A stretch of DNA of 61,862 bases from a virus (IMGVR_UViG_3300037502_000606:1-61862), one strand, 5' to 3'. Shown: positions 1 to 8,282, counted from the stretch's first letter. A program made the numbers and translations. The notes: generated by a model from the sequence alone, not told the origin.

Positions 1-89
1 TAAACCTGTGCCGCGATGAGTAGCCATTGAAAAACGTTGCCGTCTCTCTTTGGGTCATACACCGGGGCCTTGATCACTTATAACCGCCG
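1..89. repeat. Terminal overlap block A, identical to 61605-61693
   Basis: Direct sequence identity from taaacctgtgccg to cttataaccgccg at both ends; indicates a circular or circularly permuted assembly. Confidence 0.97.
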
Positions 90-535
90 TAACTTCCAAA
101 CATGTTTAAGTATTCGATGGCATTTTGCAAAATTTTTGGATCATCTTTGAACATGCCTAACGCCCTATTGCACTGCTTACACAAAACACCGCGAAACTCA
201 TCTGTATGGTGATTGTGATCAATTGCGCTATCAATCAACTCTATTTCTATTTTGCAAATTGCACAACACTCTTCTTGTCTTTCGTAAGCGTCTATTAACT
301 GTTCTGGTGTGATTCCTCTGCGGGCGCAACGCTTTGCTAATGTCCAACTATCTTTATCCCTGTACTCACGAACCCGGTCTGGATTTTGTTCTGTCCAGCG
401 TCTGTGTTCTTTGTATAGGCATGAATTGCACCTGCTTTTAAATAAATGTGTTTGGCTACCACCACGACTACGATAAGCCGTAAGTGGCTTTTCCTCGCCG
501 CACATAGTACAAACTTTAACTTCGGTATCCACCAC
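74..535 (-). CDS. Endonuclease VII-type (His-Me finger) free-standing homing endonuclease
   Basis: N-terminal CxxC...CxxC, then CAIC...IDHNH...RGVLCKQCNRALG, the EndoVII signature; absent from the allele at the other window end. Confidence 0.9.
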   Translation of the reverse strand: MVDTEVKVCTMCGEEKPLTAYRSRGGSQTHLFKSRCNSCLYKEHRRWTEQNPDRVREYRDKDSWTLAKRCARRGITPEQLIDAYERQEECCAICKIEIELIDSAIDHNHHTDEFRGVLCKQCNRALGMFKDDPKILQNAIEYLNMFGSYGGYK

Positions 536-576
536 CAGCAGCCTTATATTTCTTAGCTAAGAGTTGGCTTTTCCTC
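90..576 (-). mobile_element. Endonuclease insertion cassette with a recoded 3' end of its target gene
   Basis: 487 bp here replace 42 bp (61694-61735) in the empty allele. Confidence 0.85.
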
Positions 577-803
577 GCTGACCATTGGCCCGCAGCAGTC
601 CCTTGAGTCGCGGAACCTTTAATTTGCTCAAAGAGCTGCTTACGCATTGAAGGCTTCGTATAAACGCCTGCTTCATTGACGCGAGACTTAACCTTCCCAC
701 CGTCTTTGAAAGTAGTGAATTTATCGCCATCTTTCCGCCTTCCTATTTTGGCTTCTGGCATCTTTGAAGGGCGAATATCGCCCATTCCGCGAGACGGCCT
801 CAT
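516..803 (-). CDS. Small basic protein, endonuclease target gene
   Basis: K/R/G-rich ORF; FKDGGKV motif; ends GQWSARKSQLLAKKYKAAGGGYRS. Confidence 0.8.
   Translation of the reverse strand: MRPSRGMGDIRPSKMPEAKIGRRKDGDKFTTFKDGGKVKSRVNEAGVYTKPSMRKQLFEQIKGSATQGTAAGQWSARKSQLLAKKYKAAGGGYRS
577..703. repeat. Terminal overlap block B, identical to 61736-61862 (127 bp)
   Basis: Direct sequence identity. Confidence 0.97.
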
Positions 804-1157
804 TTAGCACTTACCACCATAGCGCATCTTGGTCATGCCGCCTTTGGCCATTTTGCCTTTACCGTCGGCAGCGAAAGCAGGAACAGACTTGCCGCCTTTC
901 ATAACCATGGGCATCTTTCCGCCTTCAGCCATCTTGATCATCTTGCCCTTGGTCTTGCCTTTGGTAGCAACACCGTCTTTGCTAGGAGCAGCGGTCTTAA
1001 CTTTTCCCATCTTAGAAGCACCCATACCACCCATTGACATCTTCTTCATCGTAAATTCCTTTCCAACAGATTGAGGGACACCAACTTTTTTGGCAAACGC
1101 TGGATTGTTCGCCACGGCCTGCATAAATCTTTCCTGCTTTTTTGTCTTGGCAGGCAT
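804..1157 (-). CDS. Small basic K/M/G-rich protein with several xxGG motifs
   Basis: Abuts neighbours in an operon; MSMGG, MAEGG, MAKGG, MRYGG. Confidence 0.8.
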   Translation of the reverse strand: MPAKTKKQERFMQAVANNPAFAKKVGVPQSVGKEFTMKKMSMGGMGASKMGKVKTAAPSKDGVATKGKTKGKMIKMAEGGKMPMVMKGGKSVPAFAADGKGKMAKGGMTKMRYGGKC

Positions 1158-1438
1158 TACACCATCCGACCTTTAGTCTTACCACGAACGGCGCATCCAT
1201 CTGCGCGTTTGGATGCTGAAGAAATTACTCCGCCGCTTGCTTTCTTTTCAGCTTCTTTTGGTGGTTCTTTGGATGCTTGCTTAGGACCGTAGTAATGCTC
1301 CTGGGTAAACCCAAGGCGATCACCAAGCTCGCTGGCTTTTACCGTAGCGGCTTTAATGCCACTCTTGATACCAAGAAAGTCATCTTCGATCTTGGCTTCT
1401 TTGATCTTCTTGGTACGGCTTGAGTCTTTGTTTTCCAT
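1157..1438 (-). CDS. Small basic protein
   Basis: Stop/start overlap; C-terminal KASGGVI...ASKRADGCAVRGKTKGRMV. Confidence 0.8.
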   Translation of the reverse strand: MENKDSSRTKKIKEAKIEDDFLGIKSGIKAATVKASELGDRLGFTQEHYYGPKQASKEPPKEAEKKASGGVISSASKRADGCAVRGKTKGRMV

Positions 1439-2073
1439 CAGATGATCCTTCCACGGGTTTTGCCGCGCTGGGCGATACCGTCTGCACGTTTAGATGCCAC
1501 CATGCCACCAGACTTCATGCCGGTAGCTTGCTCACGCATACGAGTTCTGAACGCCTCTGCCTTGCGGGCTAGACGCTGAGATCCAGTCTGAGTGTCTTCT
1601 TTCTTACGAGCCTGTTCTTTCATGTAAGACTCGCGCTCTTTGGCGGTTGCTGCGGCACGTTTAGCGGCTGCTGAAGCGTCCTTATCTTGCTCGTATGCCC
1701 TACGCTCATCCCGAATGTTGGAAGCGGTCAGAGCGGCTTCCATGCGGTCAATATCTTGTCCAGAAGGCCCCATTCCCATCTTTGGTTGGGCAGGCGCTCC
1801 ACGACGAGTTAATCCACGCTGAGCATTTAGATAGTCACGCAGGTTATCGAACCCTGCCTTCTTCATCTGCTCTTTGGTAACTACCGGGGCTTTGGCTGCG
1901 GGACGGCTTTTTGCCATCTCTGCCATGGCCATCTCACGACGGTCACGCTCATCAACCTGGTCGTTTCGACTAATTGCACCAGACGCGTTTCTAGCGCCGC
2001 TAAAGTAATCTACGTCGTCACCCTGATACGGGTTTAGACCACCAGCTTCAAAACGTTTGGTTTTACGTTTCAT
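1438..2073 (-). CDS. Basic, probably virion-associated protein
   Basis: N-terminal FEAGG; C-terminal MKSGGMVASKRADGIAQRGKTRGRII, paralogous to the 1157-1438 tail. Confidence 0.8.
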   Translation of the reverse strand: MKRKTKRFEAGGLNPYQGDDVDYFSGARNASGAISRNDQVDERDRREMAMAEMAKSRPAAKAPVVTKEQMKKAGFDNLRDYLNAQRGLTRRGAPAQPKMGMGPSGQDIDRMEAALTASNIRDERRAYEQDKDASAAAKRAAATAKERESYMKEQARKKEDTQTGSQRLARKAEAFRTRMREQATGMKSGGMVASKRADGIAQRGKTRGRII

Positions 2074-2318
2074 GGTTTCCTCTGCGCCATCGCGTCAAGT
2101 TTGGCCTCTAGTCTGCGGAAGCCATCGTCAAAGTGTTCACGGATCTTGTCCAGATCTTGCCGCACTTCAGCACGGGTAATGTGGTCACGGGCTACTTCCT
2201 CCCGAGTCCTGTTAAGCAGGATGCTCAAGCGGTTGAGTTCATCGAACTTGCCCTTAAGCATCATTCCCATAATCGCCACTATCGCGGATAAGGCGATATT
2301 CCAAAGCATCATCTCCAT
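2070..2318 (-). CDS. Membrane-anchored coiled-coil protein
   Basis: N-terminal hydrophobic helix followed by heptad-like region; ATGA overlap. Confidence 0.75.
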   Translation of the reverse strand: MEMMLWNIALSAIVAIMGMMLKGKFDELNRLSILLNRTREEVARDHITRAEVRQDLDKIREHFDDGFRRLEAKLDAMAQRKP

Positions 2319-2573
2319 TTAGCACTTCCATGCTCGTAAGGATTTGTTAATCCGAGAGTTCGGGTCGTTAGCTGTCTTGGCTGAAGTCAGCTTCTTCTTC
2401 ATGCCGGTCATTCTGGCGCAAAAAGACTTTTTACGAGCACCACCTTCAGGCTGCGGCGCTTTAAGACCAGGCTTGCCAGGATTGGCAGCGTTATAGGAAG
2501 CTCGACCCTTGGCGTTCAAACCGCCCTTGGGATTTTTGCCTTCTTTACGCTGCCAGGCTGGTGTCTTTGCCAT
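2319..2573 (-). CDS. Small basic phage protein (DUF6321-like)
   Basis: GKNPKGGLNAKGRAS...RKKSFCARM...SLRAWKC pattern. Confidence 0.7.
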   Translation of the reverse strand: MAKTPAWQRKEGKNPKGGLNAKGRASYNAANPGKPGLKAPQPEGGARKKSFCARMTGMKKKLTSAKTANDPNSRINKSLRAWKC

Positions 2574-2575
2574 GA

Positions 2576-3157
2576 TTAGCTACACAGAATGGTTGCTGAA
2601 CCGACCTGCGTCAGAGCTACCGTCGCATAGTCGTTGAGCGTATATGTCGCCACAATCCCCTCGCCAGGCACCCACACGTTAAACGCATTTGCTCCAGATC
2701 CAGCCGGGCTAAGGACGTTCAATACTTTGCGGGAATCACTGTACCGGGTAATGATCACTGACCCAGCCGTGGTTGCGCCGGTGTAGTACAAGCCACGAAT
2801 ACGACACTTAGGCAGAGCCAGGCCAGACAGGCCGATACTGACATTGTTAGCCGAAGTTGCGCTTGGAGTAATAGACGTTACTGAAGCAAAATAGTTGGTG
2901 CTAGTTACGGTATTTGAATCTACGCCCGTAATCACCTCAGTAAGTTGCTGCCCATCCATGCCTATACCAACCACCGTGAAATCGGTAATAGCGTCATCTC
3001 CATCTGAAGTCACTGTGACTTTTGCCCCAGCCCCGTTAAATGGAAGGTTCTCACTGGTCAATGTGAGCGCGGCAGCGACAGCAATAGGCCCAGCCGTTCT
3101 TAAAGCGGTTGCGCTATTGTTCCACGTAGCCGACCAAACATCAGACTGCATGCCCAT
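2576..3157 (-). CDS. Putative structural (beta-rich) protein
   Basis: T/S/A/V/G-rich; downstream of the capsid module. Confidence 0.65.
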   Translation of the reverse strand: MGMQSDVWSATWNNSATALRTAGPIAVAAALTLTSENLPFNGAGAKVTVTSDGDDAITDFTVVGIGMDGQQLTEVITGVDSNTVTSTNYFASVTSITPSATSANNVSIGLSGLALPKCRIRGLYYTGATTAGSVIITRYSDSRKVLNVLSPAGSGANAFNVWVPGEGIVATYTLNDYATVALTQVGSATILCS

Positions 3158-3362
3158 TTTGTATCTCCGAGATCGGCACTGGGTCAGGTAGACCTAAGTC
3201 CGAAAATTTCAATCCTTCTTCTTCAGGAAGATCAAGACGCGCCAACAAAGCCTGCATGGTGTCTATTGAAGCCTGGGAAGCAACGGCCACATCATGCGCG
3301 TGGTCACGTTGCTGTTCCATTTTCTTGATCTCGGCTAGAAGAAACTCTTTAGTAATTTCCAT
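3141..3362 (-). CDS. Hypothetical coiled-coil protein
   Basis: Coupled to both neighbours. Confidence 0.7.
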   Translation of the reverse strand: MEITKEFLLAEIKKMEQQRDHAHDVAVASQASIDTMQALLARLDLPEEEGLKFSDLGLPDPVPISEIQNGHAV

Positions 3363-3937
3363 TAGGCCGCGTTAGATACCATGAGGTAGTACGGGGTACC
3401 AGAGGCGTTCTTAATGGCAATAACGTGAGATACAGCGGCAGACGACTGAGTTGCGATCATGGCATTAGGCAGAACCGCAAACGTGCCAATCGTGCCCGTA
3501 CCAGAGTTCGTGCAACGAATGTACGAAGCATTGGTCCAGGTGCCACCAGAAGCAAAGTCAGAATCAAGCTGGAGAGCTGCAATGGTGCCGCCAGGATTCG
3601 TGGACGTTCCACCAAGGGTCAGACGCAGAGCATTACCGGCCCCGGAGATCGTTCCAGATCCATTAATGGACAGGGAGATATGAGCGCCGTTGATTGTGCC
3701 GCCGGTTGCGCCATTTGCACCAGTTACGCGGGTCAGGAACCGTGCAGTCTCACCAGAACCAGTAGAGGTAAAGGTCAGACGGCTGTAGTTCAGACGAACG
3801 TCACCAGTAGTATTCGAGGCCGAAACGTAGGAAGAGGAAACGTTTGATGCGGTGGTTACTGCAATCTCATCGGTTGCGGTACCAGAGATAAAGCCGTTAT
3901 CCGACGCGACTGGGCCGGAGAAGGTAGTGCGGGCCAT
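3362..3937 (-). CDS. Putative head fibre/decoration protein
   Basis: MARTTFSGPVAS start after AAGGAGG RBS (start revised from 3961); beta-rich, G/T/S-rich. Confidence 0.65.
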   Translation of the reverse strand: MARTTFSGPVASDNGFISGTATDEIAVTTASNVSSSYVSASNTTGDVRLNYSRLTFTSTGSGETARFLTRVTGANGATGGTINGAHISLSINGSGTISGAGNALRLTLGGTSTNPGGTIAALQLDSDFASGGTWTNASYIRCTNSGTGTIGTFAVLPNAMIATQSSAAVSHVIAIKNASGTPYYLMVSNAA

Positions 3938-3950
3938 TAAAGCCTCCTTG

Positions 3951-4022
3951 TGTAGTAGCACATTCCCATGCCGTCTCTACTAAGTCTGCTAGGCCAGTCT
4001 GCATGGGTGGTAAATCCTAGAC
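3951..4022 (-). ncRNA. Pseudoknotted RNA element, probably Mu-gpT-DE-like
   Basis: Minus strand has interleaved pairings CTAGG/CCTAG, CCCATGC/GCATGGG and TAGTAG/CTACTA; lies downstream of a Mu gpT-like capsid gene; family assignment from memory. Confidence 0.55.
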
Positions 4023-4035
4023 TTACCTCTTTGTA

Positions 4036-4617
4036 TCAGGGATTAGGGAGGGAGTCAAGGATCTTGTTTGACTTACGCAAGTTTTCATCTTGCGTCATGA
4101 TTTGTAAGTTCTTCAAAGTGTGTAGGCCGCACACCACGTCGCTTATTAACGGGTAAATATGATCCACGACATAACGGACCCCGGTAAGTTTGGTTAGTCG
4201 CTGCGCTTCCAGGTATAGCTGCCGAATAGCCTTCTTCTCTTCTGGCCCAACCCACTTTGGCGTAGCAGCTCTATGCCGACGCTTACGGACACTGGTGAGT
4301 GCTTTGTAAAGCTCGGGATTTGCCGCTTTGTATTTATCTTTATATGCACGTACCTCTTGGTGTGGCCTGGCCGCTGCCCTAGCCTTCACTGCCTCTTTGT
4401 TTTTCTCGTAATACCTACGACCAGCCGCTTTTGATGCCTCCGATTTAGGCTTCTCTTTGCGGCGTTCGTTATCAATCTCCCAGTCTTCTTTCATGCACTC
4501 AACGCACACGCCTTTTAGCTTACGAAGTGCTATGTGCCCTCTTACACAAGGCTTTCCTGTGAAGTAGTGTGTGGCGCCCTGGGATTTTGCATCTGCTCTG
4601 TTGATTGGGTAGTCCAT
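4036..4617 (-). CDS. HNH homing endonuclease
   Basis: YFTGKPCVRGH N-terminus; C-terminal VDHIYPL...CGLH...NLQ...N HNH motif. Confidence 0.88.
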   Translation of the reverse strand: MDYPINRADAKSQGATHYFTGKPCVRGHIALRKLKGVCVECMKEDWEIDNERRKEKPKSEASKAAGRRYYEKNKEAVKARAAARPHQEVRAYKDKYKAANPELYKALTSVRKRRHRAATPKWVGPEEKKAIRQLYLEAQRLTKLTGVRYVVDHIYPLISDVVCGLHTLKNLQIMTQDENLRKSNKILDSLPNP

Positions 4618-4656
4618 GATCTCTCCTGTTAATTACGACACGAGAAATAATAGCAC

Positions 4657-4682
4657 AAAACAAAGGGGGCCGAAGCCCCCTC
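4657..4682 (-). terminator. Rho-independent terminator after the major capsid gene
   Basis: AGGGGGC-TTCG-GCCCCCT followed by TTGTTTT on the minus strand. Confidence 0.8.
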
Positions 4683-4705
4683 TGCAACCCGCATAAATAC
4701 TGGGT

Positions 4706-5611
4706 TTAGCCCTGGGAACCGTACATCCCGAGTGGGTCACTCCAGCCAAAGCTGTAGCGCTCGCGGGACTTGTAACGAACGTTCCCTGTATCAAAATCCC
4801 CGTCCATTGAGTTCTGCAAAGGAACCCGAACGAAGTGCTTCATACCATTGGGTACGTCCGTGGTAAGGAACCAGGCGTTGGTATCCGTCAAGAAGTGGTT
4901 AATGGTGTATCCCTCGGGGATCGAACCATTGTTCTTGATGGCGTTGATGTCGTTGTCAGCCGTACCAACACGCAGCTCAGTCTCAAGGAGACGGGTAGCC
5001 ACGAACTGGAGTGCGGGGGGAACAACGAGCTTCTTGGGCCGAGCGGCAATCAGCAACCCGCGCTCATCCGTCCAAGCGGCGATCTGAATGACGGCGTTCT
5101 CAAGAGAAGTCTCGTTCAGGTCCGTGGGGGTGGTGGGGATGTTGCTGTTGGTGCCGCCAGATACCAGCGGGTGTGCGTTAGAGAACAGGGCAACTCCGTC
5201 ACCACCGGGGTAGTTGGAGTCAAAGCCGTTGTTCAGTACCGCAGCCGCTTTCACCTGCTTGGTGTAAGCCATAGCACGGGCCAGAGCTTTGGTGTAACGA
5301 GCAGACAGGCTGTCGTACAGGTTGTCCTCGATGGCCTCTTCGGTCAGCGAGAAACCCAGAGCAATGGTTTCGTGGTTATAGCGAGCCGTCCAGGCTTCCT
5401 GGGCATTGTCATAAGCGATGGCCGAACCTTCGTTCTTGACCGGCGCTGCTGAGAAGCCAGAGAGCTTGGTTTCCTCTTCGAAAGAACGCTCGGAAGTCTC
5501 GGTTTCGTAGACTTCTTTGTGCTCTTCGCCGTAGCGAGCATACTCCATACCGAACAGTGCGTTCAGGCCAGGGAGAAGCTCTTTCAGTAGTTGTGCGCGT
5601 GAAATAGCCAT
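4706..5611 (-). CDS. Major capsid protein (Mu gpT-like, HK97 fold)
   Basis: MAISRAQLLKELLPGLNALFG N-terminus and GDFDTGNVRYKSRERYSFGWSD C-terminus; position in head module; terminator follows. Confidence 0.9.
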   Translation of the reverse strand: MAISRAQLLKELLPGLNALFGMEYARYGEEHKEVYETETSERSFEEETKLSGFSAAPVKNEGSAIAYDNAQEAWTARYNHETIALGFSLTEEAIEDNLYDSLSARYTKALARAMAYTKQVKAAAVLNNGFDSNYPGGDGVALFSNAHPLVSGGTNSNIPTTPTDLNETSLENAVIQIAAWTDERGLLIAARPKKLVVPPALQFVATRLLETELRVGTADNDINAIKNNGSIPEGYTINHFLTDTNAWFLTTDVPNGMKHFVRVPLQNSMDGDFDTGNVRYKSRERYSFGWSDPLGMYGSQG

Positions 5612-5623
5612 TTAAATTTCTCC

Positions 5624-6244
5624 TTAAGCCGTGTAAGCAGTACCGGTCAGCGCCGTGTATTGCGGGTCGTTGATCTTGACGATCACTTCGGGGTAAAGGA
5701 CAACGCCACTTACCACCTTAGAGGTGTCAGGAACAACAGCAATCACACGGAACGGAAGCGTGGTAGCAGCACCAGCGCCGTTAGCCGGAAGCACAACAGA
5801 AGATCCAGAATCGCCAGTGGTGGCGGAACCGGTACCATAAACAGTCGCTACGTTGGCACCAACGATGGTCTGGTTCGCACCAGTAACCACGGCAGTGTCA
5901 CCAGAAGTGGTGATAGCAACTTTGAACGCTGCGAAGGGATCAACCACTACGTAGGCAATCGCTTCAGTAACAGCGGTGCCGGGATAGTATTGAGCCTGGA
6001 CAGTTTGTCCCTGAGAGTTCTTGTACTGGCAACCCATGAAGACACCAACGATGGTGCCGGAAGTGGTAGCGCCAGACAACTCGATAGAACCGCCCGCAAC
6101 AACTTTAACCGTGTCACCGAAGTAGATGGCCGTGTTGTAGGTGCCAGCAATACGAATTTGCTGCGTTGCACCTGCATACGGTAGACCATCGATCCGGTTA
6201 ACAGGCCTAAAGCCGTAGGGCTTACTAATAGTAGGATAAGCCAT
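5624..6244 (-). CDS. Capsid cement/decoration protein
   Basis: PYGFRPV...IYFGD...VGVFMGC; immediately upstream of the capsid gene. Confidence 0.65.
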   Translation of the reverse strand: MAYPTISKPYGFRPVNRIDGLPYAGATQQIRIAGTYNTAIYFGDTVKVVAGGSIELSGATTSGTIVGVFMGCQYKNSQGQTVQAQYYPGTAVTEAIAYVVVDPFAAFKVAITTSGDTAVVTGANQTIVGANVATVYGTGSATTGDSGSSVVLPANGAGAATTLPFRVIAVVPDTSKVVSGVVLYPEVIVKINDPQYTALTGTAYTA

Positions 6245-6261
6245 TTGTTAACTCCTAAGAT

Positions 6262-6714
6262 TTAAGTTCCTTTACCAAAGCTACTCGACGATTTCCGCTC
6301 TTTAAAGATTGGCATCCTCGGATCGCTTTGCCGCATAAGGGTGTTGTCAACAGCCTCCGTCTGAGCTTGGGTCTGGCCACGAAAGTGATTAGCTCTCTGC
6401 TCAACCAGCTCTTCAGGGGTTTTGCATAACAACAACCCGCCGATCTCAATGTTGTCCTTAAAACGACTATTGGGATCTAGTAACAGTTTGAATTTCGGTT
6501 GTTCCTCGATACGAACCGGCTCCCATCCCTCTCGCATTTTGGACGAAAGGTTACGTGGGTCAGCCTGATTCAACATGGAAACACGAATCCAACGATACGC
6601 ATACCCAGCTTCTTTGTCTGGCTCGGGGAGTAACTCCGCTGGCACCCACTGTTTTGGACGCTCGGTTGTTGCTCGGGTTGCTACATCGCGTGAAGCTCTA
6701 ATTTGTTCAGCCAT
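6262..6714 (-). CDS. Conserved head-module protein
   Basis: YRWIR...REGWEPV...IGGLLLCK; start revised to MAEQIR. Confidence 0.7.
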   Translation of the reverse strand: MAEQIRASRDVATRATTERPKQWVPAELLPEPDKEAGYAYRWIRVSMLNQADPRNLSSKMREGWEPVRIEEQPKFKLLLDPNSRFKDNIEIGGLLLCKTPEELVEQRANHFRGQTQAQTEAVDNTLMRQSDPRMPIFKERKSSSSFGKGT

Positions 6715-7672
6715 TTTGGGCCTCCAATTTACGTAGTTCAACGGCATACTGTTCAGGGGTCAATCCAAACTTCTTCGCCAGTGCTACTTGGCTCGCTTTC
6801 AGCCTGATCCTATTTGGGGCTGTGCTGCGAACTGCTGGGGCGACCACTGTGCTCGGTTTTGTACGATCAGTTTTTGCCTTTTGAACCTCCGGCTCCTCGG
6901 CACCGAAATGCTCTGGAAACCGTTTGCGAATTGTTCTGTCCAAAATCGCGTAATACTCGTCAGACCCAATCTCCACTTCCCCCGACTTCTTGAGCTTTTC
7001 GTGTAGCCCTAGAGCAGTCGCGGTCATTTCGTCATCCTCGCCATACCAAGGGTTGCGTTCTTGCCACGCAGTGAGCTTGGGATTAGGCCGGGCGACGGGC
7101 GCCTGGGTCTCATAATTATTTTGTACCTGAAAATTTTCTTCTTGTAAAGTAGGCATTTGGAAGTGCTGTGCTTGCATAGACCGAATATGGGCCTCTTGCA
7201 GTGCCTTTTGCGCCTCTAATACCTTGTCAGAATCACCAGAATCATAGGCTTCTTTATAAGCCTGTTCGGCCATTTTGAGCTTTAAACTGGCCGCTTCTTG
7301 AAGAGTTGTTGCGTATTCTTTGCCGCCTGTATCCAGCATCTGCTTGATACGCTTATTCTCATTCATTAGCTTCTGGGCAAATTGAATTGCTTCTTGTTGC
7401 TCACGATAAGCAGCCTCTTTCTCGCGGCGCTCGTCGTGCCAGACCTTTCGCATCTGCTTGAGTTTTTGTTTAACTTCCTCGTCGTATGCCTCAAGGTCAT
7501 CTTTCTCTAATTCTTCCTTAAGGGGCATAGGGAGAGGCTGTCGGCCCCGATCATCCGGTGGAGTATCGTCTTCTATTTCCACCTCGACTTTATCGTCAGA
7601 GGTTTCCATAGTGACGCTTAACTCTTGTTTTTCGTCGGGGAACTGAAAATCATTTTTCTCTAATTCAGGCAT
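6707..7672 (-). CDS. Capsid scaffolding protein
   Basis: Acidic coiled-coil; W...NPWYG; C-terminal ALAKKFGLTPEQYA; position between portal and capsid. Confidence 0.75.
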   Translation of the reverse strand: MPELEKNDFQFPDEKQELSVTMETSDDKVEVEIEDDTPPDDRGRQPLPMPLKEELEKDDLEAYDEEVKQKLKQMRKVWHDERREKEAAYREQQEAIQFAQKLMNENKRIKQMLDTGGKEYATTLQEAASLKLKMAEQAYKEAYDSGDSDKVLEAQKALQEAHIRSMQAQHFQMPTLQEENFQVQNNYETQAPVARPNPKLTAWQERNPWYGEDDEMTATALGLHEKLKKSGEVEIGSDEYYAILDRTIRKRFPEHFGAEEPEVQKAKTDRTKPSTVVAPAVRSTAPNRIRLKASQVALAKKFGLTPEQYAVELRKLEAQNG

Positions 7673-7684
7673 CTTGTCCTCCTG

Positions 7685-8101
7685 TTACTTGCGCTTTATG
7701 CCGCGCGGATCTTGAACAACCGCTTCTACCGAGTCATCGTTAATCAGGCGGAATTCTTTGCCATGAATAACAACTCTGGTTCCTGCATTGGGGCGGACGA
7801 GTACAAAGTCGCCTTGTTTGCACCAGGCACCAGTCGGGAAACGGGACGGGTCTTTATAACAATCTGGTCCCATCTCAACTACAAATAGGACCGTGGTCAA
7901 CAACTCTTCAAAATGAATCGTTGTATCTGCTTTTACTAAACCGCTTTCATACTCTTTCTCTATGTCTGGAATCGCGCACAAGATGCGGTATCCAGATGGT
8001 TTAGGTAACTGCCTTGCCTTCTCTTCGTTTGTTGCTTCCAGGTCAATCGAACCTACAACCTGGGGTTTATCGGGATTTGTACCGATAAGGATTTCACTCA
8101 T
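7685..8101 (-). CDS. groES: Co-chaperonin GroES-like protein
   Basis: P.GYRIL...VVEMGPDCY...GDFVL...GKEFRLINDDSVEAVV. Confidence 0.85.
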   Translation of the reverse strand: MSEILIGTNPDKPQVVGSIDLEATNEEKARQLPKPSGYRILCAIPDIEKEYESGLVKADTTIHFEELLTTVLFVVEMGPDCYKDPSRFPTGAWCKQGDFVLVRPNAGTRVVIHGKEFRLINDDSVEAVVQDPRGIKRK

Positions 8102-8282
8102 CCGAGTTCTCCATCTTTTGTTTGAGGTCTAATGTGTACCCCCTTGCGATGAGCAGACCCCGGATCTCACCGCAAATTCTTTTGTACTCTTCAAAAGACT
8201 CACACTTGCCATCTGCCAAGTGGTTCTTTAATTGCTCGACCTTCTCGTCGGTTTGTTCAACTATTACGTCGAGTGCATCCAT
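8094..8282 (-). CDS. Small helical head-module protein
   Basis: L.DG...FEEYKRICGEIRGL; coupled to the portal gene. Confidence 0.75.
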   Translation of the reverse strand: MDALDVIVEQTDEKVEQLKNHLADGKCESFEEYKRICGEIRGLLIARGYTLDLKQKMENSDE

